Shown here one piece after another: positions 56,432 through 64,000 of a stretch of 64,000 nt of DNA; the first letter of the stretch is position 1, and each line of letters opens with the position of its first letter. The translations under genes and the position numbers were made by a program. Below the pieces are notes generated by a model. That model ran no database searches. It saw only the letters and a list, made by a program, of their open reading frames with translations, and was not told the origin of the DNA. This DNA comes from an uncultured Solirubrobacteraceae bacterium (lineage in GTDB: Bacteria > Actinomycetota > Thermoleophilia > Solirubrobacterales > Solirubrobacteraceae), in assembly GCA_902806205.1 (NCBI GenBank), contig CADCVR010000102.1, positions 17,640-81,639 on the forward strand. Direction: 5' to 3'.

Positions 56432-57311
56432 CTCAATCGCGGAGATGCGCCAAGCGCTCGCCGGGCAGCGCTACCTGGCCGACGAGGGCCTGGCGACCGT
56501 GGCGTTTCTCGCCTTGCGGCTTCGACGCCCTCTGCTCGTGGAAGGTGAGCCCGGCGTCGGGAAGACCGAGCTTGCGAAGGCCCTTGCGGCGGCCACCGGC
56601 GCACCGCTCATCCGCCTGCAGTGCTATGAGGGGATCGATGTCCACCAGGCGCTGTACGACTGGGACTACCCCCGGCAGCTGCTGCAGTTGCGCGCGGGGG
56701 GATCCGCGCCGCTGTACTCCGAGGAGTTCATGCTCCGCAGGCCGCTGCTCGAGGCGCTCGCCTCCGATCCGGCGCGCCCCGCCGTGCTGCTGATCGACGA
56801 GCTCGATCGCGCCGACGACGAGTTCGAAGCGTTCCTGCTCGAGTTCCTGTCCGACTTTCAGGTGACGATCCCCGAGCTCGGAGTCATCAAGGCCGCGGCG
56901 CCGCCGACCGTGATCATCACGTCGAACCGCACCCGCGACCTGCATGAGGCACTCAAGCGCCGCTGCCTGTACCACTGGATCGACCACCCCGACCTCGCTC
57001 GAGAGGTGGCGATCGCCCGCGCTCGCCTGCCCCACATCAGCGAGCGCCTCACCACCCAGGTGTGCAGCTTCGTCCATGAGCTGCGGTTCCTGGACCTCTA
57101 CCGCTCACCCGGGGTGGGCGAGACCCTCGACTGGGCCGAGGCCTTCCACGTCCTGGGGCGCCAGCAGATGGACGCTTCCACGGCCGACCGGACGCTCGGC
57201 ACGCTGCTCAAGGAGCGCGACGACATCGAGCGCATCCGTGGCAAGCCGGTGGAGGCGCTGATCGACCGCGCCAATGGCGTCCCGAAGGATGGAGCCAGCG
57301 GTGACCATTAA
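56418..57311 (+). CDS. MoxR-family AAA+ ATPase (CoxD-like)
   Basis: GEPGVGKT, RLQCYEG, LLIDELDRAD, TSNRTRDLHEALKRRC. Confidence 0.93.
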   Translation: MNGFDSIAEMRQALAGQRYLADEGLATVAFLALRLRRPLLVEGEPGVGKTELAKALAAATGAPLIRLQCYEGIDVHQALYDWDYPRQLLQLRAGGSAPLYSEEFMLRRPLLEALASDPARPAVLLIDELDRADDEFEAFLLEFLSDFQVTIPELGVIKAAAPPTVIITSNRTRDLHEALKRRCLYHWIDHPDLAREVAIARARLPHISERLTTQVCSFVHELRFLDLYRSPGVGETLDWAEAFHVLGRQQMDASTADRTLGTLLKERDDIERIRGKPVEALIDRANGVPKDGASGDH

Positions 57312-58587
57312 ATCTGACCAGCTCGGCCCGCCGTCCGGCCAGCCCGTCCTCGCCGCTGCAGTAGGGCTCGCGCGCGTGCTGCGCACCTTCGGGATGTCGG
57401 CGAGCGTGGACAGCGAGCACGTCTTCATGCGCGCACTCGCAGAGATCGACGTGCGAGAGCGCGACGCCGTCTACTGGGCCGCCCACGCCGCGTTCGTGCA
57501 CGGTCCCGATGAGCGCCCCGTGTTCGACGTCGTCTTCGAGCGCTTCTGGGAGGGCCGGGCGCTGATCCTCGAGGAGCGCGGTGCCGAGCACGGCGAGGAC
57601 GACGCGCGCATGAGCGGTTCTCACCACGGTGGCGAGTCACTGCCGCAGTTCGGCGCCGAGGGGGAACAGGCGTCTCCTCTGGACGGCGACAACAACCGCG
57701 CCACGCGCGAGATCCCCAGCCCTGACGGCAACGAGGGCAAGAGCAACCAGGAGATCGGCGTCCTGGCCGCCTGGAGTGCCCAGGACACGGCGAGCGAGGA
57801 AGAGCGGCTGAAGTACCAGGCCGACGAGCTCGCGGCGCTCCGTCAGCTGGCTCACGAGATCAAGCGTGCCGCACCCGAGCGGCGCTCCCGGCGATGCAAG
57901 CCGGCGCCCGGCGGGGACCGGCTTGACGTCCGCGGGACCCTGCGCGGCTCGCTGGCGACCGACGGCGAAGCGTTCCGGCTGTCGTTCACCGCGCCGACGC
58001 TCCGTCCGAGACGGCTGCTGTTCCTCTGTGACGTCTCGGGGTCGATGGAGCGCTACTCGCGCGTCCTGCTCGCCTCGCTGAAGGCGGCGGTCGGCGCGAC
58101 GCGGAAGGCGGAGGCCTTCGTCTTCGCCACGCGCCTGACGCGACTGACCCGGTCGCTCGATGGTCATGACCTGGAGCGCGCGCTCGATCATGCACGCGCC
58201 GCGATCCCCGACTGGTCGGGGGGCACGCGGATCGGGGCGGCGCTCGAGGAGTTCAACCACAGCTACGGTCGTCGCGGGTTCGCACGCGGCGCGATCGTCA
58301 TCGTGGTCAGCGACGGCTGGGATCGAGGCGACCCCGAGATCCTGGCCACCGAGGTTCGCCGGCTGCAGCTTCAGGCCCGGCAGCTGGTCTGGATCAACCC
58401 CCGCCCCATGACCGTCGATCAGCAGCCGCTCGCGATCGGCATGCGCGCGGCGATGCCGTACGTCGACGAGTTCGTCGCCGGACACGATCCGAGGGCCATC
58501 GCCGGGCTTGCCCGGTTGATCGGCGGTCTCGGCGCCGACCGCCCGCAGCGCGCGGTGGTTCCACGCGCTGCTCCAACCGTCGCCTGA
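57301..58587 (+). CDS. VWA-domain protein (CoxE-like)
   Basis: DVRGTLR, CDVSGSMERY MIDAS, FATRLT, WSGGTRIG, VSDGWD, WINP. Confidence 0.92.
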   Translation: MTIKSDQLGPPSGQPVLAAAVGLARVLRTFGMSASVDSEHVFMRALAEIDVRERDAVYWAAHAAFVHGPDERPVFDVVFERFWEGRALILEERGAEHGEDDARMSGSHHGGESLPQFGAEGEQASPLDGDNNRATREIPSPDGNEGKSNQEIGVLAAWSAQDTASEEERLKYQADELAALRQLAHEIKRAAPERRSRRCKPAPGGDRLDVRGTLRGSLATDGEAFRLSFTAPTLRPRRLLFLCDVSGSMERYSRVLLASLKAAVGATRKAEAFVFATRLTRLTRSLDGHDLERALDHARAAIPDWSGGTRIGAALEEFNHSYGRRGFARGAIVIVVSDGWDRGDPEILATEVRRLQLQARQLVWINPRPMTVDQQPLAIGMRAAMPYVDEFVAGHDPRAIAGLARLIGGLGADRPQRAVVPRAAPTVA

Positions 58588-58595
58588 CGCCAACG

Positions 58596-58632
58596 GTCGC
58601 CTGACGCTCGCTTCGAGCGGGCGTCAGGCGAC
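58596..58632. terminator. 17-bp stem hairpin between convergent genes, overlapping a 17-bp tandem duplication (58573-58606)
   Basis: GTCGCCTGACGCTCGCT-TCG-AGCGGGCGTCAGGCGAC. Confidence 0.65.
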
Positions 58633-58701
58633 GCGGCTTCGTCGGGCTCGACGCTCCCGGGCTGCTTTCCGGGCACTACCGGTGTAGCGCCCGGAACGCG
58701 C

Positions 58702-59139
58702 TCAGCGCTGTCGCAGCGGCTCGCCCGTGCGCTCGGCGCCCGCGTTGCGGGCCACAGAGAGCAGGCCGAGTCCCAGCGCCGCGGAGCCCGAGACCAGGTG
58801 CAGCACGTTGTCCAATTCGCCGGCGCCGTTCATCGAGATGATCTGGAGGCTGTTCGCGAATCCGAGGAACGTCGCCAGGAGGTAGACCAGGCCACCACCG
58901 ATCAGCGCTCCTTCCGTTACCGGCCGGCTGACCTGCGAGACGATGATGAGGTAGATGCCGATCGCCAGGTGCACCACGTTGTGGAACGGGTTGATCGCGA
59001 AGCCCAACAGCGCATCGTCGGTGTTCTGCACGAAGTTGCCGAATCCCGTGATGAAGAACCCGATCACACCCGCTGCCGCGTAGACGGCCCCCACCACGAG
59101 TGCTCCGGCCTGCGCGAAGCCCTTGTTGCTCAGATCCAT
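58702..59139 (-). CDS. DUF4383-like 4-TM membrane protein
   Basis: FAINPFHNVVHLAIG and DNVLHLVSG motifs. Confidence 0.82.
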   Translation of the reverse strand: MDLSNKGFAQAGALVVGAVYAAAGVIGFFITGFGNFVQNTDDALLGFAINPFHNVVHLAIGIYLIIVSQVSRPVTEGALIGGGLVYLLATFLGFANSLQIISMNGAGELDNVLHLVSGSAALGLGLLSVARNAGAERTGEPLRQR

Positions 59140-59248
59140 ACTTGAATTCTCCCCCGCTAGGTGTCTCGAACACCTTACTGCGTCCACCCACCGGGAGGGA
59201 GAAAATCGAACGGCGCGGTTTCCACGGCGGTCTCGCACGCGTGCGGCA

Positions 59249-59279
59249 GTCGTGCCGCGACTGTCGTGCCGCGACTGTC
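59249..59279. repeat. 14-bp tandem repeat x2.2 (GTCGTGCCGCGACT) in divergent promoter region
   Basis: Direct inspection. Confidence 0.75.
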
Positions 59280-59493
59280 CCTCCGCCTTGTCGCAGGCTC
59301 CCACGCGGGTTGAAGACGTCGGCCGCGAGGGGCCGGCGGGACACGCGGCCGTCCGCGATCCGACCGCGGTGGCAGCGGGTCGGCCGTTGCGCCGGGCTCG
59401 TCCGGCCGCAATCCGTCAGCTTCAGCGGGAAACCCCGGTTTTCGGCGCCTTCGCCCGCCCCGAAGGGGTCAGGAGCGACAGGTCGGCGCGATA

Positions 59494-59510
59494 GGTGTTG
59501 CAAACACACA
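59494..59510. promoter_or_regulatory. Candidate operator motif, copy 4 (GGTGTTGCAAACACACA)
   Basis: GTG-N9-CAC, 23 bp upstream of the small TM gene array. Confidence 0.4.
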
Positions 59511-59533
59511 GTCGTTGTGTCAGGCTCGCTCCA

Positions 59534-59821
59534 ATGAGAGCCCTTGCCGTGCAGAGCGTCGAATCACAGTCTTATACGGGGTGGTGGACCGGCTTGATCA
59601 TCGGCTTCGTCGTCGTCTGGGTCGTCGTCATCCTCGTCGGCACCATCCTGATGTACGCGTCGCGCATCGCCGACCAGGCCAAGGAGGGGATCGCGCGAAT
59701 GGATGAGGCCCGCGCCACCACGCTCCCGATCTGGGAGCTGCAGGACCTCAACGTCGCTGCGACGGGTATTTGGAAGGCGGTCGAGTCCACTCGGCCCGTA
59801 CTCGAGGAGAAGATCAGATGA
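59534..59821 (+). CDS. Small single-TM coiled-coil protein A (HylTM-like)
   Basis: One TM helix followed by amphipathic helix; ATGA coupling to next gene. Confidence 0.75.
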   Translation: MRALAVQSVESQSYTGWWTGLIIGFVVVWVVVILVGTILMYASRIADQAKEGIARMDEARATTLPIWELQDLNVAATGIWKAVESTRPVLEEKIR

Positions 59822-60108
59822 CGGTGCTTGCTCTGACCGAGGACGAACGGGTCTTCTGGTACATAGCCCTGGGCATGGGGCTCGTAGTGATCCTGGTGGT
59901 CATCGTGCTCCTGTCCCTGCTGATCTCGCTCGTGCGGGACATCGACGAGGGAGTGGTCACGCTCTGGACGGTGACCAAGCGCCTGGCGACCAACACCACC
60001 GGCGCGTACCAGCTCGCCGGCACGGCCTCGATCCTGCGCGCGTTGCGCGAGGAGTGCCTGCGCCAGGACAAGATGCTCACCGAGCGCAACGGGATGGCAA
60101 GACGATGA
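59818..60108 (+). CDS. Small single-TM coiled-coil protein B (HylTM-like)
   Basis: WYIALGMGLVVILVVIVLL...VRDIDEGV...KRLATNT. Confidence 0.8.
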   Translation: MTVLALTEDERVFWYIALGMGLVVILVVIVLLSLLISLVRDIDEGVVTLWTVTKRLATNTTGAYQLAGTASILRALREECLRQDKMLTERNGMARR

Positions 60109-60377
60109 GCAAGACACTGCTGACGGTCCTCACCGTCGTCGAGATCGTGGCGCTCGTGGCCATCCTCGCGGCCTACTTGCTCGTCGTCGCCAAGCAACTT
60201 CGCTCGATCTCTTCGACGCTGGCCGAGGTCGCATGGGGAGCCCGCGCCGTCGAGCGTCAGTTGCGGGCGGTCCGCTCCAACGTCGGGCAGATCAACGCAG
60301 CGTTGGGAGACGTCGCCGGCGCCCTGCCGGGCGTCATCGACAAGGTCGAAGACCTCAACCGAGGAGCGCGCGTCTGA
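60105..60377 (+). CDS. Small single-TM coiled-coil protein C (HylTM-like)
   Basis: VAILAAYLLVVAKQLRSISSTL...INAAL. Confidence 0.8.
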   Translation: MSKTLLTVLTVVEIVALVAILAAYLLVVAKQLRSISSTLAEVAWGARAVERQLRAVRSNVGQINAALGDVAGALPGVIDKVEDLNRGARV

Positions 60378-60625
60378 TGACCCTTTGGTGGATCGGCAAC
60401 ATCATCTTCCTCGTCGTCGTGATCCCGGTGGTGGCCGTGATCCTCGGCCAGGTCTTCGCCCCCGTCAAGCAGATCGGGGTCTACGCCGACGACATCGCCG
60501 TGCACGGGGCCCTCTTCGGCCCCCACCTTGACGCGTTGCAAGAGCTCGGGACGACCCGCGAGCTCGTGCGCAGGATTTCCCCCGAGCTCGAACGCTACGT
60601 TCGAGCGCTCGACCAGATTCGCTAG
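60377..60625 (+). CDS. Small single-TM coiled-coil protein D (HylTM-like)
   Basis: LWWIGNIIFLVVVIPVV...IGVYADDI; TGATG coupling. Confidence 0.8.
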   Translation: MTLWWIGNIIFLVVVIPVVAVILGQVFAPVKQIGVYADDIAVHGALFGPHLDALQELGTTRELVRRISPELERYVRALDQIR

Positions 60626-60634
60626 GAGACATTC

Positions 60635-61027
60635 ATGAGTGCAGCCCCCGTCGTCACGCTCATCGGTGTAGCGCTCACCGTGGTAGTGATCGCGCTCTAT
60701 TTGATCGGGATCGCGTTGATCCTGAAGCGCGTGCACGCCCGCCTGGTGACCATTCTGGGTGCCGTCGTCGAGGTCAGCGAGAAGTCCGCCCCGGCAGGAG
60801 ACGTGATCGCCGGGATCAACGCTGACCTTGCCCGCGGGCATTCAGCCGTCGGTGCCGCTGTCGAGCGCCTCCAAGAGCGTGTCGCGGCCGACGACGACTT
60901 GAATCGAGGCGGAGACCCGCTGCCCGCCGCGCGCGGCGGCAGCGTGGCAGCCCCGCCGCCCGGCGGCCGCGGCGGCAGCGTGGCAGCCCCGCCGCCCGCC
61001 GACCGCGGCGGATGGTGGCAGCGCTGA
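60635..61027 (+). CDS. Single-TM coiled-coil protein E (HylTM-like) with duplicated RGGSVAAPPP tail
   Basis: VIALYLIGIALILKRV...INADL; 36-bp unit at 60932 and 60968. Confidence 0.8.
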   Translation: MSAAPVVTLIGVALTVVVIALYLIGIALILKRVHARLVTILGAVVEVSEKSAPAGDVIAGINADLARGHSAVGAAVERLQERVAADDDLNRGGDPLPAARGGSVAAPPPGGRGGSVAAPPPADRGGWWQR

Positions 61028-61142
61028 GTTTGTAGCGTCCCGGCGCACAGAAGGTGGTCGGCGCTGAGCGAGACCTCCCGGGGCCCCGCCGCTTTCCGGC
61101 GGGGAAGCGGGCAGGTGAGCAGCCGACCGGTGCATGGTCGGT

Positions 61143-61193
61143 GGGTCACCCGGGCGACACCCGCTTGGGGTCACCCGGGCGACACCCGCTTGG
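61143..61193. repeat. Perfect 25-bp tandem duplication (GGGTCACCCGGGCGACACCCGCTTG x2)
   Basis: Direct inspection. Confidence 0.8.
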
Positions 61194-61439
61194 CGAGCGT
61201 CGCTCGACCCCCGCAGCGTCTCGTCATGCATAGGCCGGCGAGGTGAAGCGCGCACCCCCGGCGACCGCGAGCCAGGTCGAGTCGAGGTGGCCGCACACAC
61301 TGCCTGATCCTGCACGCGCCGTTTTCAGCTCCTATCGATTCCGACCGTCAGACAGCCGGCACCCTAGGCGCCAAGCGGCGTGCGCCCTCAAACCGCGCTC
61401 ACATCAACCTACGAGAAGCGCCGTTTTCACGGCTGCTGG

Positions 61440-61781
61440 GGGTTGCAGCGGGCGGTTGCGAGGACGTTGAGCGCGGCACCGAGGGGGAGGTGGTCGCCGC
61501 CGTTGGCCGAACTGGCGTGAGCGTGATGTTTGGTGGACCAACGGGGTACACAGATGCCGTCGACACCTCGACGTGGGTGGTCGCTGAGCTCGATACGTGG
61601 CGCACGGTCGGTGCGGTCGTCGAGCGCGTCGCTTCTGAGGCTCAGCGCCAGACCGATTTGCTCGAAGACCTTCGGCGGCTCGGGATCGATGAGATTTCGC
61701 ATCGCAAGGGGCAGCGCTAACCTGACTGTCGCCGTCGATCACAACACCGGCCGCCTGGTTCGGGCGGCGGCTGGCCGCGAC
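61440..61781 (+). pseudogene. ISL3-family transposase remnant
   Basis: WRTVGAVVERV...LGIDEISHRKGQR*, then shifted LTVAVDHNTGRLV...GRD; TAC changed to TAAC creates stop and frameshift. Confidence 0.85.
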
Positions 61782-61954
61782 CCCGCCGGGCATTCCCGGA
61801 CTTCCCAACTCCTCCTGCCGACAGTCAATCACCCACGACTGCGCCGTCGCGGACGCCCTGGAGACGCTCAGCAGTCCCGCGCCATCCACTCCGCGGGAGG
61901 GCGAGACCAATCGACTGCCACGCCCGGGTTATTCCGGGCGCGTCCCACCGCCCG

Positions 61955-62653
61955 CTATCCGCCGCTCTCGAACGTCGACACGATCCGGTCGAACACTGGG
62001 AGGTACTTCTCCAGGCGCCGCGCGGGGAGCGTCTGAAACACCATGGTGATCAGCCGGCCTTCCTTGAAGAGGAAGTAGTGGACGTGACCTCCGGGCTCGC
62101 CGGTCGCCGTGTCGAAGGTGTAGTCGTAGCGGTAGCCCGGCAGCCCGGCCAGGACGAGCGCGCGGGGCTGGTTCATCAGACGGACCCGCCCGTCGGCGCG
62201 GACCAGGCGGTCGGTGAGGTCGCGAACGATCGACAGCGTCTCCCGAGTGACCTCCAGGCCGACGGGCGTCACGCGGACGAGCATGGACACGGCTCGTCCT
62301 TCGGCGACGATCAGTTCGACCTGCGGGTCGTCCGAGGGCACGCGCGACCAGGACCTGGGGTAGGCGATCGAGAAGGGCACCTCGGCATTGCGACTGCGGA
62401 AGCGTACGTAGCCCGCGGGATCGGGTTCGGCCTGGGCTTTCGGCGGCGAGGCCGCGGTGGTCGACGGCGCGGCGGCGGGGCCAGACGCCTGCGGCGCGGG
62501 CGACGACACGACAGCTCGGCCGACGGCCGCCGCTGCGATCAGGACCACGACGCCGGCAGCGATCACCAGCATCAAGGGGGACCGCGTCGCGCGGGCGAAG
62601 GTCGTGCGCAGGCTGCGGCCCGGTGAGGGGTCCGGAGGGCCGGAAGCGCTCAT
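61955..62653 (-). CDS. Membrane-anchored protein with PsbP/DcrB-like extracellular domain
   Basis: TM, Pro/Ala linker, FSIAYPRSW, LAGLPGYRYDY, FDRIVSTF. Confidence 0.65.
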   Translation of the reverse strand: MSASGPPDPSPGRSLRTTFARATRSPLMLVIAAGVVVLIAAAAVGRAVVSSPAPQASGPAAAPSTTAASPPKAQAEPDPAGYVRFRSRNAEVPFSIAYPRSWSRVPSDDPQVELIVAEGRAVSMLVRVTPVGLEVTRETLSIVRDLTDRLVRADGRVRLMNQPRALVLAGLPGYRYDYTFDTATGEPGGHVHYFLFKEGRLITMVFQTLPARRLEKYLPVFDRIVSTFESGG

Positions 62654-63078
62654 GGGGCGGGGTGGTCAGGCGCTCCGGAAGGGTTCCGATCTACGACGGG
62701 CTCATGCGGAGGCTCTTGCGGAGGAGGTGCGATCGGCGTCTCGAGTGACGTCTCGCGAACGGCGTGTGCCCCGAGTTGGAGGTCCTTCAGCGATGCGAGC
62801 AGTCCGCGCGTCGTATCGGGTTCACGCCCTGTCGGGTGGGCCTCGAGGAGCTGTGTCGCCTTCAACTGAAGGTCCTTGAGGAACGAGACGAGCATCGTCA
62901 TCAGCCCCATGAGCAGGAGCAGGACCACCGCCCCGAATACGAGCGCTACGGTCGCGACCGTGTTGGTCTCGACGAGGGCGACGGTCGCGATCCCGCCGCC
63001 GATCAGAACGACGACGGCGATCGCGACCACGCCGAGGGACCGGCGAACACGCCGGTCCCTCAGTGCGGCCGCGAGCAC
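62650..63078 (-). CDS. 2-TM membrane protein with repeated LKDLQL segment
   Basis: Two hydrophobic helices; SFLKDLQLKA and ASLKDLQLGA; ATGA coupling. Confidence 0.65.
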   Translation of the reverse strand: MLAAALRDRRVRRSLGVVAIAVVVLIGGGIATVALVETNTVATVALVFGAVVLLLLMGLMTMLVSFLKDLQLKATQLLEAHPTGREPDTTRGLLASLKDLQLGAHAVRETSLETPIAPPPQEPPHEPVVDRNPSGAPDHPAP

Positions 63079-63082
63079 AGTC

Positions 63083-63835
63083 TCACCGGTTACAGCTCCG
63101 CGTGCGACCGAGGAGGTTCAGCAGTCGGCTGCAGTCGATCGAGTTCGCGTGCCCGTTGATGGTGTTCGGACCCGTGCCCCCGACCAGATCGAGCACCGTG
63201 GACAGATCGCTTCCGATGGGCCTAGCGATGTCCTGGACGTCCTCCGCCCGGCGGTTGATGCCGGCCACCTCGGGCTCGATCTGGTTCACGTCAGCGAGGA
63301 TCGTGCTGGCGTTGCCACGGATTCCCCTGGCGCTCGCGTTGATCGAGTCGGTGAGGGAGTTGATCGACCGCGCGCTCGCGTTGATCGACCGAGCGTTGCC
63401 GCCGATCGCGAGCACGGACGTGTTGATGGCCGCTGCGCTCGATCCGATCCCGTTGACCGTGGTGTTGATGGGAGTGACGTTCCCGTTGATCGTGGTCGCG
63501 GTCTGGTTGATCGTGGTCGCCGTGCGCAGGATCGTCTTCGCGATCCTGTCGATGTCCTTGGCGGCCGCGAGGGTGTCTGACAGCTGCCCGGTCAACGGCA
63601 TCGCCGCCCGCTTGATCTGACCCGAGATCACGGCCGTCCGTGCCGCGAGCGCGATCGCCTCGGTGTCCGTGCCGATGTCGTTGACCTCGGGCTTGATGAT
63701 CGCCACGCTGTCATCGATCTGGTTGGCGGCGACGAGCGTGCCCGTCAGCATCAACACAGCGGCCAGGGCCCACACGACGATCAGGATCAGGATCGCGGGC
63801 GCGAGCCCGCGGGTTCCCCTGAGAATGCTCAGCAT
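63083..63835 (-). CDS. TM-anchored long Ile/Asn heptad coiled-coil protein with terminal Cys pair
   Basis: About 15 heptads (e.g. INQTATT INGNVTP INTTVNG...); IDC...SC at C-terminus; AAGGGG RBS. Confidence 0.8.
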   Translation of the reverse strand: MLSILRGTRGLAPAILILIVVWALAAVLMLTGTLVAANQIDDSVAIIKPEVNDIGTDTEAIALAARTAVISGQIKRAAMPLTGQLSDTLAAAKDIDRIAKTILRTATTINQTATTINGNVTPINTTVNGIGSSAAAINTSVLAIGGNARSINASARSINSLTDSINASARGIRGNASTILADVNQIEPEVAGINRRAEDVQDIARPIGSDLSTVLDLVGGTGPNTINGHANSIDCSRLLNLLGRTRSCNR

Positions 63836-63848
63836 CGCCAGATCCCCT

Positions 63849-63998
63849 TTAGCACTCGGGGCTGGGGCGGACTTGGGTGGGCACTGGGAGATCCAGCACG
63901 TTCGACTCGCAGATGCTTGTCAGGTGCGAGTTGACCGAGTTCAGCCCACTGTTGATCGCCGTTGCGTCCTCATCGATCGGCCTGAGGATCTCGTTTGC
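63849..63998 (-). CDS. Partial paralog of 63083-63835 (C-terminus only; runs off window)
   Basis: Hand translation ANEILRPIDEDATAINSGLNSVNSHLTSICESNVLDLPVPTQVRPSPEC*. Confidence 0.7.
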   Translation of the reverse strand, partial: ANEILRPIDEDATAINSGLNSVNSHLTSICESNVLDLPVPTQVRPSPEC

Positions 63999-64000
63999 CC

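Noticed and set aside
46491-59510. Motif as a CRP/FNR or Rex site
   Set aside because: Those have TGTG-N8-CACA geometry; all four copies here have a 9-nt spacer.
59249-61193. Short tandem repeats as a CRISPR array
   Set aside because: Only two adjacent units each, no spacers, no cas genes.
63083-63835. Methyl-accepting chemotaxis protein
   Set aside because: Heptads resemble MCPs only superficially; the hairpin-tip signature (GEAGKGFAVVA-like) and HAMP domain are absent.

Overview
High-GC actinobacterial DNA; gene content and codon style suggest Thermoleophilia/Solirubrobacterales (inference). Positions 1-41 kb are mostly ordinary genes. They include an alkB-rubredoxin-TetR alkane operon, an M29 aminopeptidase, tRNA-Ser(GGA) followed by a partly decayed zone, a FadR regulator with fused IorAB oxidoreductase, mug, a rhomboid protease and a PabB-PabC fusion. 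They also include six MCE genes without permeases, a glutamate-type ABC transporter with a PLP dehydratase, a divergent LigA, dodecin, folE and a CadC-CDF-CDF metal module. Two ~165-170 bp end-to-end palindromes (29038-29208, 40951-41114) also lie in this part. Positions 41-64 kb hold a large [NiFe]-hydrogenase locus most consistent with group 1l (HylSL, the atmospheric-H2 lineage). Its most unusual feature is TWO structural pairs: a canonical processed enzyme (51232-54504) and a diverged paralog (47485-50477) whose large subunit stops exactly at DPCxxCxxH, with no cleavable C-terminal peptide, as in non-processed or sensory hydrogenases. The locus also has a SIS-HypC-SIS triple fusion, one intact and one degenerate maturation protease, a NifU-Rieske protein with an altered ligand and a CoxD/CoxE-type AAA+/VWA pair without CODH genes. 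Two convergent arrays of membrane-anchored coiled-coil proteins and a shared TG-N9-CACA motif upstream of four transcription units complete it. All alignments and counts were done by hand; no database searches were run.
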